A stretch of DNA of 64,000 nt, taken from positions 1,075,197 through 1,139,196 of the forward strand of contig NC_090600.1 of NCBI RefSeq assembly GCF_000497125.1. The letters run 5' to 3'. The notes beneath the pieces are model-generated. The model saw nothing but the letters and a program-made list of their open reading frames with translations. It made no database searches and had not been told where the DNA came from. The position numbers and the translations under genes were made by a program. This document shows positions 13,451 through 26,775 of the stretch, one piece after another (position 1 is the first letter of the stretch; each line of letters opens with the position of its first letter). The stretch comes from Spironucleus salmonicida. Its lineage: Eukaryota.

Positions 13451-16400
13451 CCATATCACGACGAAAACGAGAGATAGCGATTTGCGTGTGTGCTGATGCC
13501 GAAATTAGCGGAAAATGGTAAAAAATAGTATTGAGTGTGTGGATATCGGATAGGTTACAAATATATCGCACTGAAAATTAGCTTCAAAAATTGCAGGGAT
13601 GTGTGAAGCTGGTCATAAGGGCCATGATGGCAGCGTGTGCGGTAATGAGGGAGCTGGGGAACGTGGATGTGTTTCAGGTTAAGGGGAGATATAAATAATA
13701 GCGTGAATAAAAATTACCAGGAAATATGGATAATACGTTTAGCATGTGTAAAGTGAAATAGTACCGATATGCGCAAATACAACATATATTATTTAGATTA
13801 GAATGCTATATGGTCTATATAAACTGAAGAATGCTGAAACTAATTTTGAGATGATAAGTAAACTGATTAAATTATATGGGGGAACTGCTGATTAATAAAA
13901 AACAATTCAGTTCATGATAATTTTTCATGTTGTAATATAGGGAAATATCGCTAAAATAGATGCTAAACAAAGATCTTCATATGGTATTATTTTATTATAA
14001 GAATCCCTGGATCATAAAAGAGCATATAACTAAATTACAGGGGTTGTTAACGTATTATATTTCTTTCTTATTTTGATGGGTACAATGAGTTTTGTAATGC
14101 GGGGATGCCTATGTAGTAAGATGAATAGTTTAACCATTATTATATTAGATTCAGTCAATAACGTTAGTAATATGGGAGCATAAATTCTTCTGGAAATTTA
14201 TTTCATTGGTAAAATATCATATGGGGATATGTATTCTAGCCTAAGCAGGAGGCGCAGCTTCAGAATAATTTAAAATTTTAGATGCAAGGCATTGGCAAAG
14301 CAAATAAAATGTTCAACAAATACTGTGTAATAGAAAATAGAAGAGGCGCAACCTGAGTGACGGGGTTCTAGTTAAATGCGTAAATGCATGGTATTGGTAC
14401 AATATCCTGATGACTACAAGGTTCTAATTTATACTAGTTAGCCTTGAATCCTAGATCCTCTGAAAACAGATGCTGATATGCTACCATATTGATGGGTGAA
14501 TACTCAGTAGTACCAAAGCTAAACAACGATGATAAAGGAAATGGTACTATTCTACTTTCCTCGGCCGATAGAAGCTACCGTATATATCACCCAACGTATC
14601 ACTGATATTAGAATTCTACCTCTCATTTGGTGTATGCAAATCTTCAGAAGCATACGTAAATGCTAGTGCAGCATAAAATCCTATCTACAACACCCTGAAA
14701 GATAACTTATAGGAGGCCTAGCAGCCGTATTATGCATAGCTCTTAGCACATCATATATATGATACTAACGTATATTTATAGTAAATTGGCTGTGTTGCAT
14801 ACTTTCTGAGACTATCATTTCCTGAATTTTCTAACTAACTAAGAGCTGTAGATATTTTAACTTAAGCATCAAATTTATTTAGCACAACATATACTAATGA
14901 AAATTAGGCTGTAATAGGCTCTTGATATTTGCATAATTTAACAATGATACGATAATAGCAAATTTGGGGATTTACTACTGGCTGGCCTGGATGAAGTAAT
15001 CTATATTGAGTCTACAGGAAAACTATTAATACTTTGCCTATGCGAGGTTATCAAGCTAAATAAATTATGCTGGTCTCTGGTAAAATGTGGATATCATAGT
15101 TAAATATCAACAAGGTCGGTATTTGAATGAATGATTGATGATAATTAGTAAAATTGTAACCTGTTAAATAATATATGCAACCAGGCAAACATATGGAAAT
15201 TATTAATCTGCCTTAAATATATTTAAAGGTATTATAGTAATAGAACATTAACACTATGCAGTTTAGAGAATATACAGGCATGATGTAAACTAGTACATAA
15301 AATGATAAACGGTTATTATTCTTAAGATAGTAGCTTCGGGGGTATAAACTTCAATTCTTCATGATCATATATTAACGTTATATACTATTATATACTTTTA
15401 GGTTTGATAAGCCACTGAATCTACTTACATATGCATTCTGAGTATCTTAAAGGCAAAGTATCATTCTTAATAGCGTTGTGGATTATACTGTGTATATGCG
15501 TACATTAGATATTCTGGTAAAATATGATAAAACAAACTCGCGTATATGTTACTGAATTTATCTGCACAGTGTTTATGTTTCTGAGCAATCAGCATGATAG
15601 GGGAACTGTTATTAAAATATCCTTATACACTAATATTTTAAATAAAATATATCCGCCGTATTTAAAGATGTATATGCTTCTAACAGCAAATAAGAAATCC
15701 ATATTAAATAAATTTAGTTTCTATTTGAATATTTGGAATGAAAGTTTATATTATTGCGTATACCAGGTGAGTACTTGAATTATAAAATTTGCAAATATCG
15801 TGAGTATTACTTTTAGTTTTGATTATCCACAATGCAAAGTTTAAGTCCGTTAATCACAATAAATTTATATTTTGTTCACCCGAATTATCGTTATTTAGTA
15901 TAAATACAAGACAGTTTTATAAGCAAGAATACGGTTAATGATATTTAACATTATTCTTTAGTTGATCAATATAATAGAGCTTAATATTTTATTAATTAAT
16001 AACATAGCTTATCGAATTATGAGTATTTTATGTAAATCTATGCGTGGTCTTGTTATTATGTTTAAACAGATATATAAGATTATTATTGTAAAGTCTATGC
16101 AGTTATAAGCTATACTATTTTCAAGATTTCGCGAAAATATATGTTTATATAAGTAGCCAATTATGCTTATAGGAATACAAATTAATATGTCATAACTTGG
16201 AAAACTGCTGCGTCCTTTACCTATGCGATACACATATACTTATGCTAGTTAACACAGTATGCTAAAGGTTACAGGTTCTCATTACTGTAGTCTGATAATA
16301 ATATTCGGGTATCACTATATAACAACAAATTGAAACGAGTCTGCCAAATAAATAAAAGCGTTATACAGAATATTAAAGTACTCAAAACTTACTATATATC

Positions 16401-17879
16401 CTATATGCTAGGTTTTCATATTATTGCACATTTTTATGACATGTACTGTATATTTATATAACTAAAATCTCATAGAATGAATCTAATTTATCATTTATTC
16501 GGTTGGTGCGTCAGTAAATATTGTTTATACTCAGAATATAGCGGTGCTTATAGGAGATACTAAGCTAGTACATATTACTGAAAACCATTAATCCAATAAA
16601 GGTCACTAGCTTCGTATCCATAAACAGCGATTTGGTAATTTACAAGAGCTAAGCTTAGGGTAAAATCAAAAGAATGCGAAATTATACTAGATAAAATGGT
16701 AATAATTAGCCATCTTTTGCATTAAATTTTAACCTACAACAGAAATATATCGTAATATACACGATACGACGAAATTATATAGCGAATGTAAGGTGGTATA
16801 TTAATAGCATACAGTTTATTTATAAAAATATGTTACATACTACTAGATTTAGGTATTTTTATAATAATATCCCACAACAAAGATACTGCGGCCAAATACA
16901 ATATGAGGCTGCTATGGAGCAGGGCAAACTAATGAAAAAGTAAGACAGTAAAAGCTTAAAATTATAAATGGATATGTTAACTAGAGTAAGCATAATTTAG
17001 TTTAGACTTTTAATCGTGTTTGATGCATATGAAAATTTGTACATAAAATTATTTTTGTATTTCAGCTCCGATATTAATTAAAGTTTTCAGATAGAAAATG
17101 TATTGCAAGGACTTATCTCATTACGTATAAGAGAAAGCTTCGGTTACCAGTAAATTTTGATATTGTACCTTATTATTCTTGAGCAGTGTGGCACAAGATC
17201 GCATTTAGCGAGAAATGCTACAAAATAATAGTATCAGCAAAAGTTTAAAAATAAATAAGGACATTAATATAGCAAACAGTGAGTCTATGTTAGCATTCGC
17301 ATAGAAATATTACTAGTATTTAATTTGGGGTTAGAACCTAATCAAGCTGATGTGATAATTATGGATTATATTTCTGCTGGTAAACACTTAATATAGCCAT
17401 AAGAGTTTAGACGGGTTGAGAAGTTTGTCAATAAGCGTGGTAAATAGTTTCTAGGATTTGCTCGGTTCAGTGGGTGATGGAAATAATGCTAGCTCAGCTT
17501 TCACAATCCAGGGATATAGCAATAATAACCCAACTGGTCGAGAATAAGATTGTAGCTGTGCTAATTACGATTTGGTAAATTGTGGTGTGAGATACTCTGA
17601 ATTGATACTGTTAGGGCATATGTAGCATGGAGAGAGGTTTATGGATGCTGATGTGGGGGGCCAAAAGGTATCTAATTGATGACGGTAGTTTTAGCTCCTA
17701 CGTAGTGTAAAAGTGCTATTTGATAGATTTTGCAGTACTGGGCCGGATCAGGTATGGGCCGCATTGCACGACGCTCAGATTCTGGGTGCTTGGTAAAATT
17801 GTGTTTTAATATATAGTATTATTATATATTTAAAGGTAAAGGGGAAATATTCGTAAGAATAATATTTTTTAATATATAA

Positions 17880-18560
17880 AATGTAGTAAATGCTATTGTC
17901 ACGGCGAGCGTATTAAGAACTAGCGCTTATGTGCTAGCGAATACTGTTTGCATTGCATTGGTAAGAAAAGCCAAAAAAGATGAATGTGTGCTTAGCGAAT
18001 GCAATACAGACTCCTACTACAGCGCAGCAGATTTCTGTCCGAAGACGATTAATAGTTCAACAAGTGCGAATGTTGCGATGGCACCTGCAAATATTTCGCT
18101 GAAGCATCGAATTAGTGCACGAAGTGGTTCGCATGGAGCTACTGAACAAAATAAAGTGACTGTGAAACATTACCTGCAAGTGCATCTAAGACTAATCATT
18201 AGAAAGTGTTTCTGCATTTATAAGCACCAGGGATGGTCAATCTTCAATACTGCACCAAACTGCCTTTTAGATAATAGTTATGGCGGCTGTTCGCTGTGTT
18301 ATAATGAATATTTAGCTAAATCAAATAGTAAGTGTTGACCATGCTCCACATCGATGGCAATCGACTTAAAATTCAACTGCGGGCGTAAACTTTAAATCAA
18401 CTGCTAGAATGTAAAGCACATGACGAGAAACCCTGCCTGGAAGGCTTTAAACCGATTGACAGTAAGTGATGAAAATTACTGCCTTATGATGCAGAAGGCG
18501 GTACCAGTGGATTTTCTAGAAATGGAACACCTATTCCCATAATTCCCTCAGAAGCGCGAT
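17880..18560 (+). pseudogene. Decayed cysteine-rich protein gene
   Basis: KCSKCYC..., DECVLSECNTDSYYSAADFCP, NCLLDNSYGGCSLCYNEYLAKSNSKC*PCS and EKPCLEGFKP in shifting frames with TGA stops. Confidence 0.6.
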
Positions 18561-19315
18561 AAAAATGCATCAGCGGGTGAGGCGGAAGCTCAGTAGAGCA
18601 CATTACGAGATTGGGGCAATTTCTATTGAGCAGTACGCCCTAAAACTGCAAACTGTAGCAGTTTAGAGACACCACTTGATAGTACTGGCGAAAATCACCC
18701 AAAACTGTGCAGGCGAAATGCGCGAGGCTTGAATGCTGCTCGAACGTCGGAAGCACTCCACCTGAAACTGGCGAGGTCTGGACTTTTGAGGATAGGTGCC
18801 CGAAAACTGCAGATACCACGGATAGTAGTGGGAAGTAAGCGCCGAAAATAGCGTGATTTGCGCGCATGACAATGCCAGGTGCGTAATGGTGGTGGGTGGT
18901 AGCAGGTAGGCTATCATCATGGTGGGTCGTGGGACTGGAATTTGGGGTATAAAATATGCAAATAGGAAAAGAATCATAGGATGCTGGGATTCGACTGAAA
19001 TAAGGTAAGGAGAAGCAGTTAAAATAGGAGCAAATGGCGGGTTAAACGAGATATGAACGTGAGTATAATAAATCATCTAGATAGAAATAGCTTTAATTGG
19101 AATAGTATTGGGGGAAACTAGAAAAGCTGTAAGCAACTGAGTAAAATTATCGAAATAGGGTTAGTGTTTAGTTCAAGTCATATTAGGTGGTTTTAGTTTA
19201 CCATTTTTAGTATGTTCTGCTTAACTTCATTATTAGATATAATAAAATATATTATTCAAATTAAATGCTGACATCCCAAATTCAGAAGTTTTACTATATA
19301 CTTATAAATTAAATA

Positions 19316-20005
19316 TCACTTTTTACCCTTCTTGATAAAATAATAAGCAAGGCCGCCCGCAACGGCGCCAACGACAAGAACCACCCCGACGACAATTCCG
19401 GTCACTGCCCCACCACCTAGCTTGTTGCTGGCCGGGGCCTCGGGGTCCACCGGTTGCTCCGGTGGAACTGGCACATTTGGATCAACCGGTGGAACTGGCA
19501 CGTTTGGATCAACCGGGTCATCTGGGATATCTGGGTCTGATCCAACTTTCCAGCACATTCCAGTAATTAGTGTAAATCCTTAAGCACAATCCAGACAACG
19601 GCCATCCCTGTCCATCTTCATTCCTGTTAGGCAAGTGGCACATGTTGGTAAACCACTATCTTTGCAGGTCTTACAGTTACTTCTGTTTCCACATTTGCAC
19701 GATGACGTGGTAAAGTCTGTGCAAGTTTTAGCTTCTCCTTCACCACAAAATTAATCCTATATGAGATCCTTACAGATTGGAGTACATTAACCTGTTGTCG
19801 TCGTTACGTGAGTAGTAGGCTCACAGGAATTGCACGAAGCTGCAGACTAGCAGACAATGCAGTTTGCTTAGCATGGTTAACACGTGTGGGTATTTTTGTC
19901 GCAATAACCTTCATGTTTACTTGCGCAGTCGAAATGTCTAGTACACGTGGAAACTGCATCATTTACTTGCGTATTGGTATTATCTTGGGTCATTTTTAAA
20001 ACCAT
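19316..20005 (-). CDS. Cysteine-rich membrane protein, CRMP1 type (229 aa; CxxC ectodomain, Pro-rich stalk, TM, KKGKK tail)
   Basis: Table 6: [27 protein letters not shown]...[20 protein letters not shown]...[36 protein letters not shown]. The [KR][KR]x[KR][KR] tail is typical of Spironucleus CRMP1. Stop in AGTGA. Confidence 0.92.
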
Positions 20006-21540
20006 GGTATATATTATATTCTTCAATAAACAAAACACTATTTAACCTGTTTTTTAAAATCTCATAAATAAAGCTATTACTTAAATATCACAGTTTCTCA
20101 AAACCTAGAAAGTAATGGCTGTTCTAATATATTAATAAATACCTCTAACTATAAAATGTAATTTATCAAAGAATAATTAATTACAACAATATTATCACTA
20201 ATGTTATCGTAATGTAAAAAGAAGAAAATATTTTGAGAAGGAGTCCGTAATTTAAAGATTTCAGCTATCTGCAAATAATTACAATATATTTAATTTAATA
20301 TAAAATTGTGTAAAACAGAACTTTATATATTATATTGATTTTACTATTTTTCTAACACTATCCATGGAACATTAAACTACTGTTTTCACAAAATTTAGTA
20401 ACTTCTATTTGCAATAAACTAATTTCATCATAATTCGAAGTTAGAAGGTAGTAATTCTACTACTATTAACTAATTTCATACGATGAATAACAAATAAAGT
20501 ATAATATTATAGTGAACTAATTATTTAATATCTTAAATAATAGCTACAAGTAAGAAGGGAAACTAAGAAAAGAATTTAATATTTTTCTTGTTCAATTAAA
20601 TTCGACTATCCTTATATAATATACACTTTATATTGAAAATGCACTTATATGGATAAGAAATTTACGATACGAATTAGTCACCCTACAGTATTTGGCGATC
20701 GTGTCTCAAAGGGAGCCCGTAAATCTATGAATCAACACCAGTAAAATATTTCTGTGAATTTTATGTAGATTTATGCTATTTTGTTCCAAAGCGTTGATTA
20801 CTATCTAATACGTTCTTTTTGCTGCTAAAAAAGAACTTATCTGCACCTTTTCTGTGCAAATATCCCTCAAGTTTCATTATGTTTCGTTTCGTCTAAGATC
20901 TAGGGCTTTCTACGTTAGCATTGAATTAGTTCGATTCAGGTTATGATCGCACCTTTTTCTTCAGTATTGAGGTTTTCATACACGGCATAACTCCATTGAC
21001 CTCAGTTTCTAGCTCTTTTGCTTACCTCACATTCTTACTATGATACCAGTAAGAACTTCTGATATTAAAGTAGGTTAAACCAACAAAAACAGTGACTAAA
21101 GGAAAAGTTTAGCGAATAACATGAATGGGCGTACTGAGGTAATTAATATTTTACAAATAATAATCTTCTACCTCAACTATAAACTATGCCCAAATTGCTG
21201 ATGAGATTAAGTTTATCGAAAACTCAACTGCCGATATTCGCATCATTACTATAATATTGACAACGTTAATTAACATTTAGGTAAGCAAACTAGCGAAAGA
21301 TATGTCATACTAAAGAATAGAGTGAGTATTTCGCCAGGGCACAACAGTCCAACGAATGAATTAATGCCGAGAACTGAAAGTTAAATTTTAACAATACCGC
21401 AACCCTAACCCCGTTCTTCAAAAGTTGAGGCTAAAACATAATATTATAGACCACTTAATATTATAGGTAGAAGATCCATGCAGCGTTGCTATGCTTACCT
21501 GCCCCAATCATAGATTCCCAGCAAAGGAGAAAAAAGACAC

Positions 21541-21613
21541 GGGAGTATAGCTCAGGTGGTAGAGCAATCGCCTGCAAAGTGATCGGTCACGAGTTCAATT
21601 CTCGTTACTCCCT
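21541..21613 (+). tRNA. tRNA-Cys (GCA), left copy, no adjacent oligo-T terminator
   Basis: Acceptor stem GGGAGTA/TACTCCC, D-arm TAGCTCAGGTGGTAGAGC, anticodon arm ATCGC-CTGCAAA-GTGAT, T-loop GTTCAAT, discriminator U (Cys identity element). Confidence 0.95.
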
Positions 21614-22847
21614 ACTATCTTAGAAAACTATATAAGATAATATTAATTATATCTAATATTAATATGGTTATAAGTGATGTTATATTACAAATACCTATCT
21701 AAAACTTGATTCCTTTTAGTCATAAAATATTTACTGCATGAATAATAAACCATATTAATAGTAATTTTTTCATAAGAATATTGCTTATTACTTTCAAAAT
21801 AGACTAACAACGATAAAAGATACAAATATCATAATGAAATAATTGACAAAATGTATATTTTATTCAGTATACAATCTTAGAAACATAAATCAGTGATATG
21901 TATAATATTTTGAACTAAAACTATTACATACCTTATTAATTACTGTATCTTTACATAAAATGCTACTATGATCAGGAAATTACTTTAAAGTTATGCAACA
22001 TTAAGTTTCTAAATTATTTTTATAGTATAATTATAATATATAATAATTGTATTAATTTTTCTTCAAAATGGTGATATATTCTAAACTTATGACTGTTCTC
22101 CTATAGTTATTTTATTAAAATGTTATTACCTTGAGAAATAAAATAAATATTGTATTGTTATCTAAACTGATTTTGTTTAAATTGCTGAGTTTATCCTTGA
22201 TTTGAGAATATAAATAATATTTTTTTCATTAAATAAGTTGTTAGCCATAAATTACACATTAGGATTTTAATTTAGAGTAATAAAAATCTTAAAATTGGGC
22301 TTATTAGTGTTTGTATGATGCTTAAAGATCTAAATTCATGTATTAGTAATTATTTACAATGATAGACCACTAATAATTAATTTACTTTTGTAATATTTAT
22401 TTAAATTAGTGACATATGCAAAACAGCCAAAAGTTAGCAGCACTAGTTTAGCATACAGCTAAACTTCCTTTAAAAATGTATTTACATAAAACTAGGAATT
22501 ACATGAAAATATTAAAAATATAGTCTATAAATTTATAAAACTATTTTAAGCTATGAATATTGCTTTTATTTAATTATATATGAAAGTAGTTTAACAATAT
22601 TAATGAAGGTTATGTTATAATTAACTATCTACTTGTATCTATTTTTAATACATAGTTATTGTGTAAAAAGGATTTCATACAGTAATATAGCGATTTATAG
22701 CAGTATTTATTCTTAATTTTACCTATTATTATAAATATTTTTATAACATCAGTAGTATGTAATATGTACTACTACAAGTACTATCAAGTCTAGATAGAAA
22801 ACTTATTTTATTAATAATTTTTTTCTAATTTACGAATATTTAATAAA

Positions 22848-23744
22848 TCATTCAAAATCATTTCTTACTTATACCGGAGCAGTACTAACCTTCTTTTTCA
22901 TGAACCAAAATGTGGCGAAACAAAGTCCTCCCACAACTATCAGTACCCCTATTATTATTCCTGCGATCGCACCACCGCCCAACTTATTTACAACTGATGG
23001 ATCCTAATTTTCAGACAACCAGCACATTTTAGTACGTAATTCGTACCCGTCATCGCATTCTCCACATTCGCCACGTTAGTTAAATTTCATATGTGGCAAA
23101 CAAGTTTTGCACTTTTCGCCGGTTTCATCACAAGAAGCACAATTTGAAGCTTCTCCACATTTGCATTCTGATGTTAGGCTTTCACTGCAAGACTTTGAAA
23201 CACCATTTTCACAGTAATATCCGTTTTGAATATTTTCGCATTCCTCAGTACATTGTCCTTCTAGTGTAGTGACAAATCCAAAAAGGTCGCAGAGATCACA
23301 AGTTGTGGGTGAAGAGCAAAATAAGCAATTCTCCATGCAAAATTAGCATTTTGATGTATCTAGATCACAGAAACTTCCTTAGATGAACATGCAGTCGTCC
23401 TAAATTTTACAGGGAAATTCACATAGTGACGTCTATGGGTTCTTTTCGAAACCTTCGGAGCATGTAGTGCAAGAATCGGTACTTGCACAGTTATCGCAAC
23501 CAAAAGGACAGTCTAGACATTAATCATTTTATAAAAATGTGAAAGATACGCATTTAGAGCATTTATTCCCAGTACACTATTGGCAGTTGTCTATGGATTT
23601 GTTGTCTTCACAGTAACAACCTTAACCATAAACAATATCTTCAGAGCATGGATCACAATTTACGGTCGTTGAGTCGTCTGCAGGGCAGAAATATCCAGCC
23701 TTGCAGCTGAAAACTTCATCTGTGCATGTACCAGTTTCTGTCAT
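22848..23744 (-). CDS. Cysteine-rich membrane protein with longer cytoplasmic tail (CRMP2-like, 298 aa), single copy in spacer
   Basis: Table 6: MTETGTCTDEVFSCKAGYFCPADDSTTVNCDPCSEDI... dense CxxC ...NKLGGGAIAGIIIGVLIVVGGLCFATFWFMKKKVSTAPVQVRNDFE*. Track ORF 23076-23336 is an internal piece. Confidence 0.92.
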
Positions 23745-24979
23745 TTTGTGAAAATCGATATTCGAAATATTTTAGTTAACTTGATGTAAATGATGATGTG
23801 GATTTTAGTTTTTAAACAATAGTAATATTACATTAATGGTAGTAATATATAATTATTAAACCACAAATTTGATATACTTATATAAAATTAGATTATATTA
23901 ATATAAATGATTATATGTACAAATATTGAAATATTGCCAAAGCTACATAAATTAACTTACATCTATCTAATAAAGTATTCCCGTTTAAAAGAATTTTTAT
24001 TTAATGAATTGTTAGTTTATACATATAGGTAATATTAATTTTTAAAAATCTAATTGGTTGTTTGGTTTTGCAAGTATTATACACATCCGATAATTTAAAA
24101 TTGGTAACACTTACTTGAATTAAAATATTATATTTCGATGAATTATAAATAATAAAGCAATTGAATACATATTTGTGGAATAGTTTCTGGTACTTTGTTA
24201 TAATAAAACTCTTATTCAATAAAAATCTTTTACCAAATGACCTAAACGGTAAATTTTCTAATAATTGTAATAAATAGCTAAATTATATTCATTAAGAAAA
24301 AATAAATTACTTAAGATATAAATTTTATACTATATCTGAAATTAAATATCCACCAAAATTATTTCTTACTTATTTATGTTACATTTGGATGTAACTTGTT
24401 TATTCTTATGAATTTTATACGAATTAACGAGTTTTTAATATTTTATTAAATTTGCAGTATTAAATGACATAAATAAATAATTTAACACAAAATATTCTAG
24501 TACTAAATCATTGAAAAATAAATACATAATACCATTAACTAATAATATTGTATTTTATGATTTGTGTAATTATTATTTAGAATATTTATGAGAACAATTA
24601 ATAAATAACTTTAAGCTTTATTAGTAATTGAAGTCGTAAAACAAAATTATTTTAAATATATTAATTCTATTTTTTTAATATATTATCTGGAAACTTAGAA
24701 ATTGTTTGAACTTAAATCAATAAATAAAGTAAGGAATAGTATCTAATTTAAAATCAGTCATTCTTTCTTATTAAAGTATTTTCCTCCTTTAAAGTTTATC
24801 GATATTACTTATATTTACTATTAAATATTATGTTAAAATTTAATTTAGGTGCATATGTAAACAACTAGTTGCATATAGAACCTTAAAGAAAGCTATTGAT
24901 ACTCTATAGATTCCGTATTATTACCAGGAATTATATCAATTAATTTCTCAATAATCACAGCGTCACGAACATATTTGTT

Positions 24980-25800
24980 TGAAGAATCCTAATGTAAAAC
25001 ACTAATATAATGCCCTAGTTTTAAATCTACTACTCTTAATTGTTTCCCATGCTTAGAAAATATAGTTTTAAACACGGACTATGTTTGGAGCGACAACATA
25101 AATACGATCAACTGCAAGAACTGTGCTTAAAATAAGGACTCAGAAACCTATGAAGCACCTTTATCAGAGGCAATTCATGCCTCAGCGAACAAAATTATTC
25201 AAAATTATCGAATAGATATGTTATAAAGCCAAGAATTCAGACATGCTAACTTATCTGTACACCATACTCACAATACCAATTTAAAGAATAGGATTTTTGC
25301 TATATGTTCATACACGGATACTAGCATTCCAATGCAAACTGATTCACATGGTCTTCAGAAATACTTTGCCGCACGTAAAACGAGTTGTATTATATAACCA
25401 GAATGAAAGGTTCCTATAACTGAAATGCAGTGATCTTTAAAACTGGTAGAGCTGAAAAATTGCTAGAAATTGACTAGTAGTGAAAATATTACCACGAAAT
25501 ATAAATGCGTAGTTGCCGAAAGTCCTGCAACATTTAGGTTCCATGGGTAAGATTGTTTAACATGTTAGAAGAATAATTTCTAGGAGTAGTCAGGGCAGTG
25601 TAATTTGTCATATGAAGGACATAAAATTATTGATTAAAAATGCTGAACAGACTAGGGTAAAAGTATATAATTTGTATAAATACTAACTGGGGTGATATTC
25701 TTGGATTATTTTAGATGTTTTGGCGGTTGTTTTTGGATTTTTTGTGGGTCTATATTTTACTTTGTCATAGACTTTAAAAGGGAAATGAGTCTGATAATGC
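24980..25800 (+). pseudogene. Decayed paralogue of the 22848-23744 CRMP
   Basis: CPSFKSTTLNCFPCLENIVLNTDYVWSDNINTINCKNCAQNK aligns with CPADDSTTVNCDPCSEDIVYGQGCYCEDNKSIDNCQQCTGNK. Later DCLTC...GQCNLSYEGHKIIDQKC* and a TM-like remnant near 25690-25770. Internal TGAs and many lost Cys. Confidence 0.7.
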
Positions 25801-26694
25801 ATGAATCTATAAGAGATATTAAATTATTATTACCATTAATGTAAATAAAACTTGAAATTTCATAAATGTTGATTTTATTTATGAAAATGATGAAATAAGA
25901 AAAAATTAGAGAATTTTAAATTGTGACTATAACAGCTTGTTGTTTTTAGTAGAATATAGTATATGAATAAAAAATTACATAATAATAATTTATTTTGTGT
26001 GATTACGAAATTTAATTTTTAATTAAGATTAAGAAGAATTACAGTTTTACCATTGTAGATATTACATATAAGGTTAGACAGACTTAATTTATATATTAAA
26101 ATAATAATAAGTTTAAGTACTAAAATAATTAAATATAACTAAAAATTTAAAGTTTGAAAAGTTCAATAGATAAAATTATTATACTAGAACATATAATCCA
26201 ATTCTAGCATAATTAATGAAAGAAATCTACATGTAACAGGTGATTCATTCAAATAAAACAATATGTAAATATAAATTTAATTACTAAAATGTATATTATA
26301 ATTGTGTATATCTCGTTACTGTAACAATTAAAATATACAAATTAATGATATTATTACTTTATAATTAAAGCTTATAGTATTTCATTTATTACTATATTAG
26401 TAGTATCTGTTACTTTGATTTTAAAACTATTATTGGATTTAAATAATCGGCTAATTTCCTTGGATTCATTGAATATGAATTATGAATTCATTAAATATTA
26501 ATAATATTAATAAATAGATTCATCTAATTTATTAATAGAATATATGAATAATTAAATCTGTATTCTGCATTATATTATGATTTCAGGCCTGCACGAAAAT
26601 TATTTATAATATCAAAATTATACGTTTTATATCATCATATATATATACTACCTATCCTTACAATATTATAATCATAAAAGTATTATTATCTCAC

Positions 26695-26700
26695 AAAAAA
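26695..26700 (-). terminator. Oligo-T Pol III terminator of right tRNA-Cys
   Basis: AAAAAA on + (T6 on -), 2 nt after the discriminator base. Confidence 0.8.
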
Positions 26701-26702
26701 GT

Positions 26703-26775
26703 AGGGAGTAACGAGAATTGAACTCGTGACCGATCACTTTGCAGGCGATTGCTCTACCACCTGAGCTATACTCCC
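26703..26775 (-). tRNA. tRNA-Cys (GCA), right copy with Pol III terminator
   Basis: Exact reverse complement of 21541-21613, followed by AC-TTTTTT on the coding strand. Confidence 0.95.

Larger units (their letters stand above)
1774..21616 (+). repeat. Left arm of ~19.8-kb inverted duplication
   Basis: Mirror ORFs sum to 48315/48316 (e.g. 19316-19558 vs 28758-29000; 1966-2154 vs 46161-46349). Reverse-complement match ends at 1774/46541 and 21616/26700. Confidence 0.97.

Noticed and set aside
13900-17800. Stretches of coding-like composition, probably decayed genes
   Set aside because: Frequent TGAs and no identifiable motifs, so no product can be supported.
18663-19076. 137-aa ORF and overlapping 75-aa ORF (mirrors 29240-29676)
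   Set aside because: Low-complexity Pro/Ile-rich translation following local strand skew; no recognisable domain.
21400-21413. AACCCTAACCCC telomere-like sequence (mirror ~26903-26916)
   Set aside because: Fewer than two units; compatible with chance.
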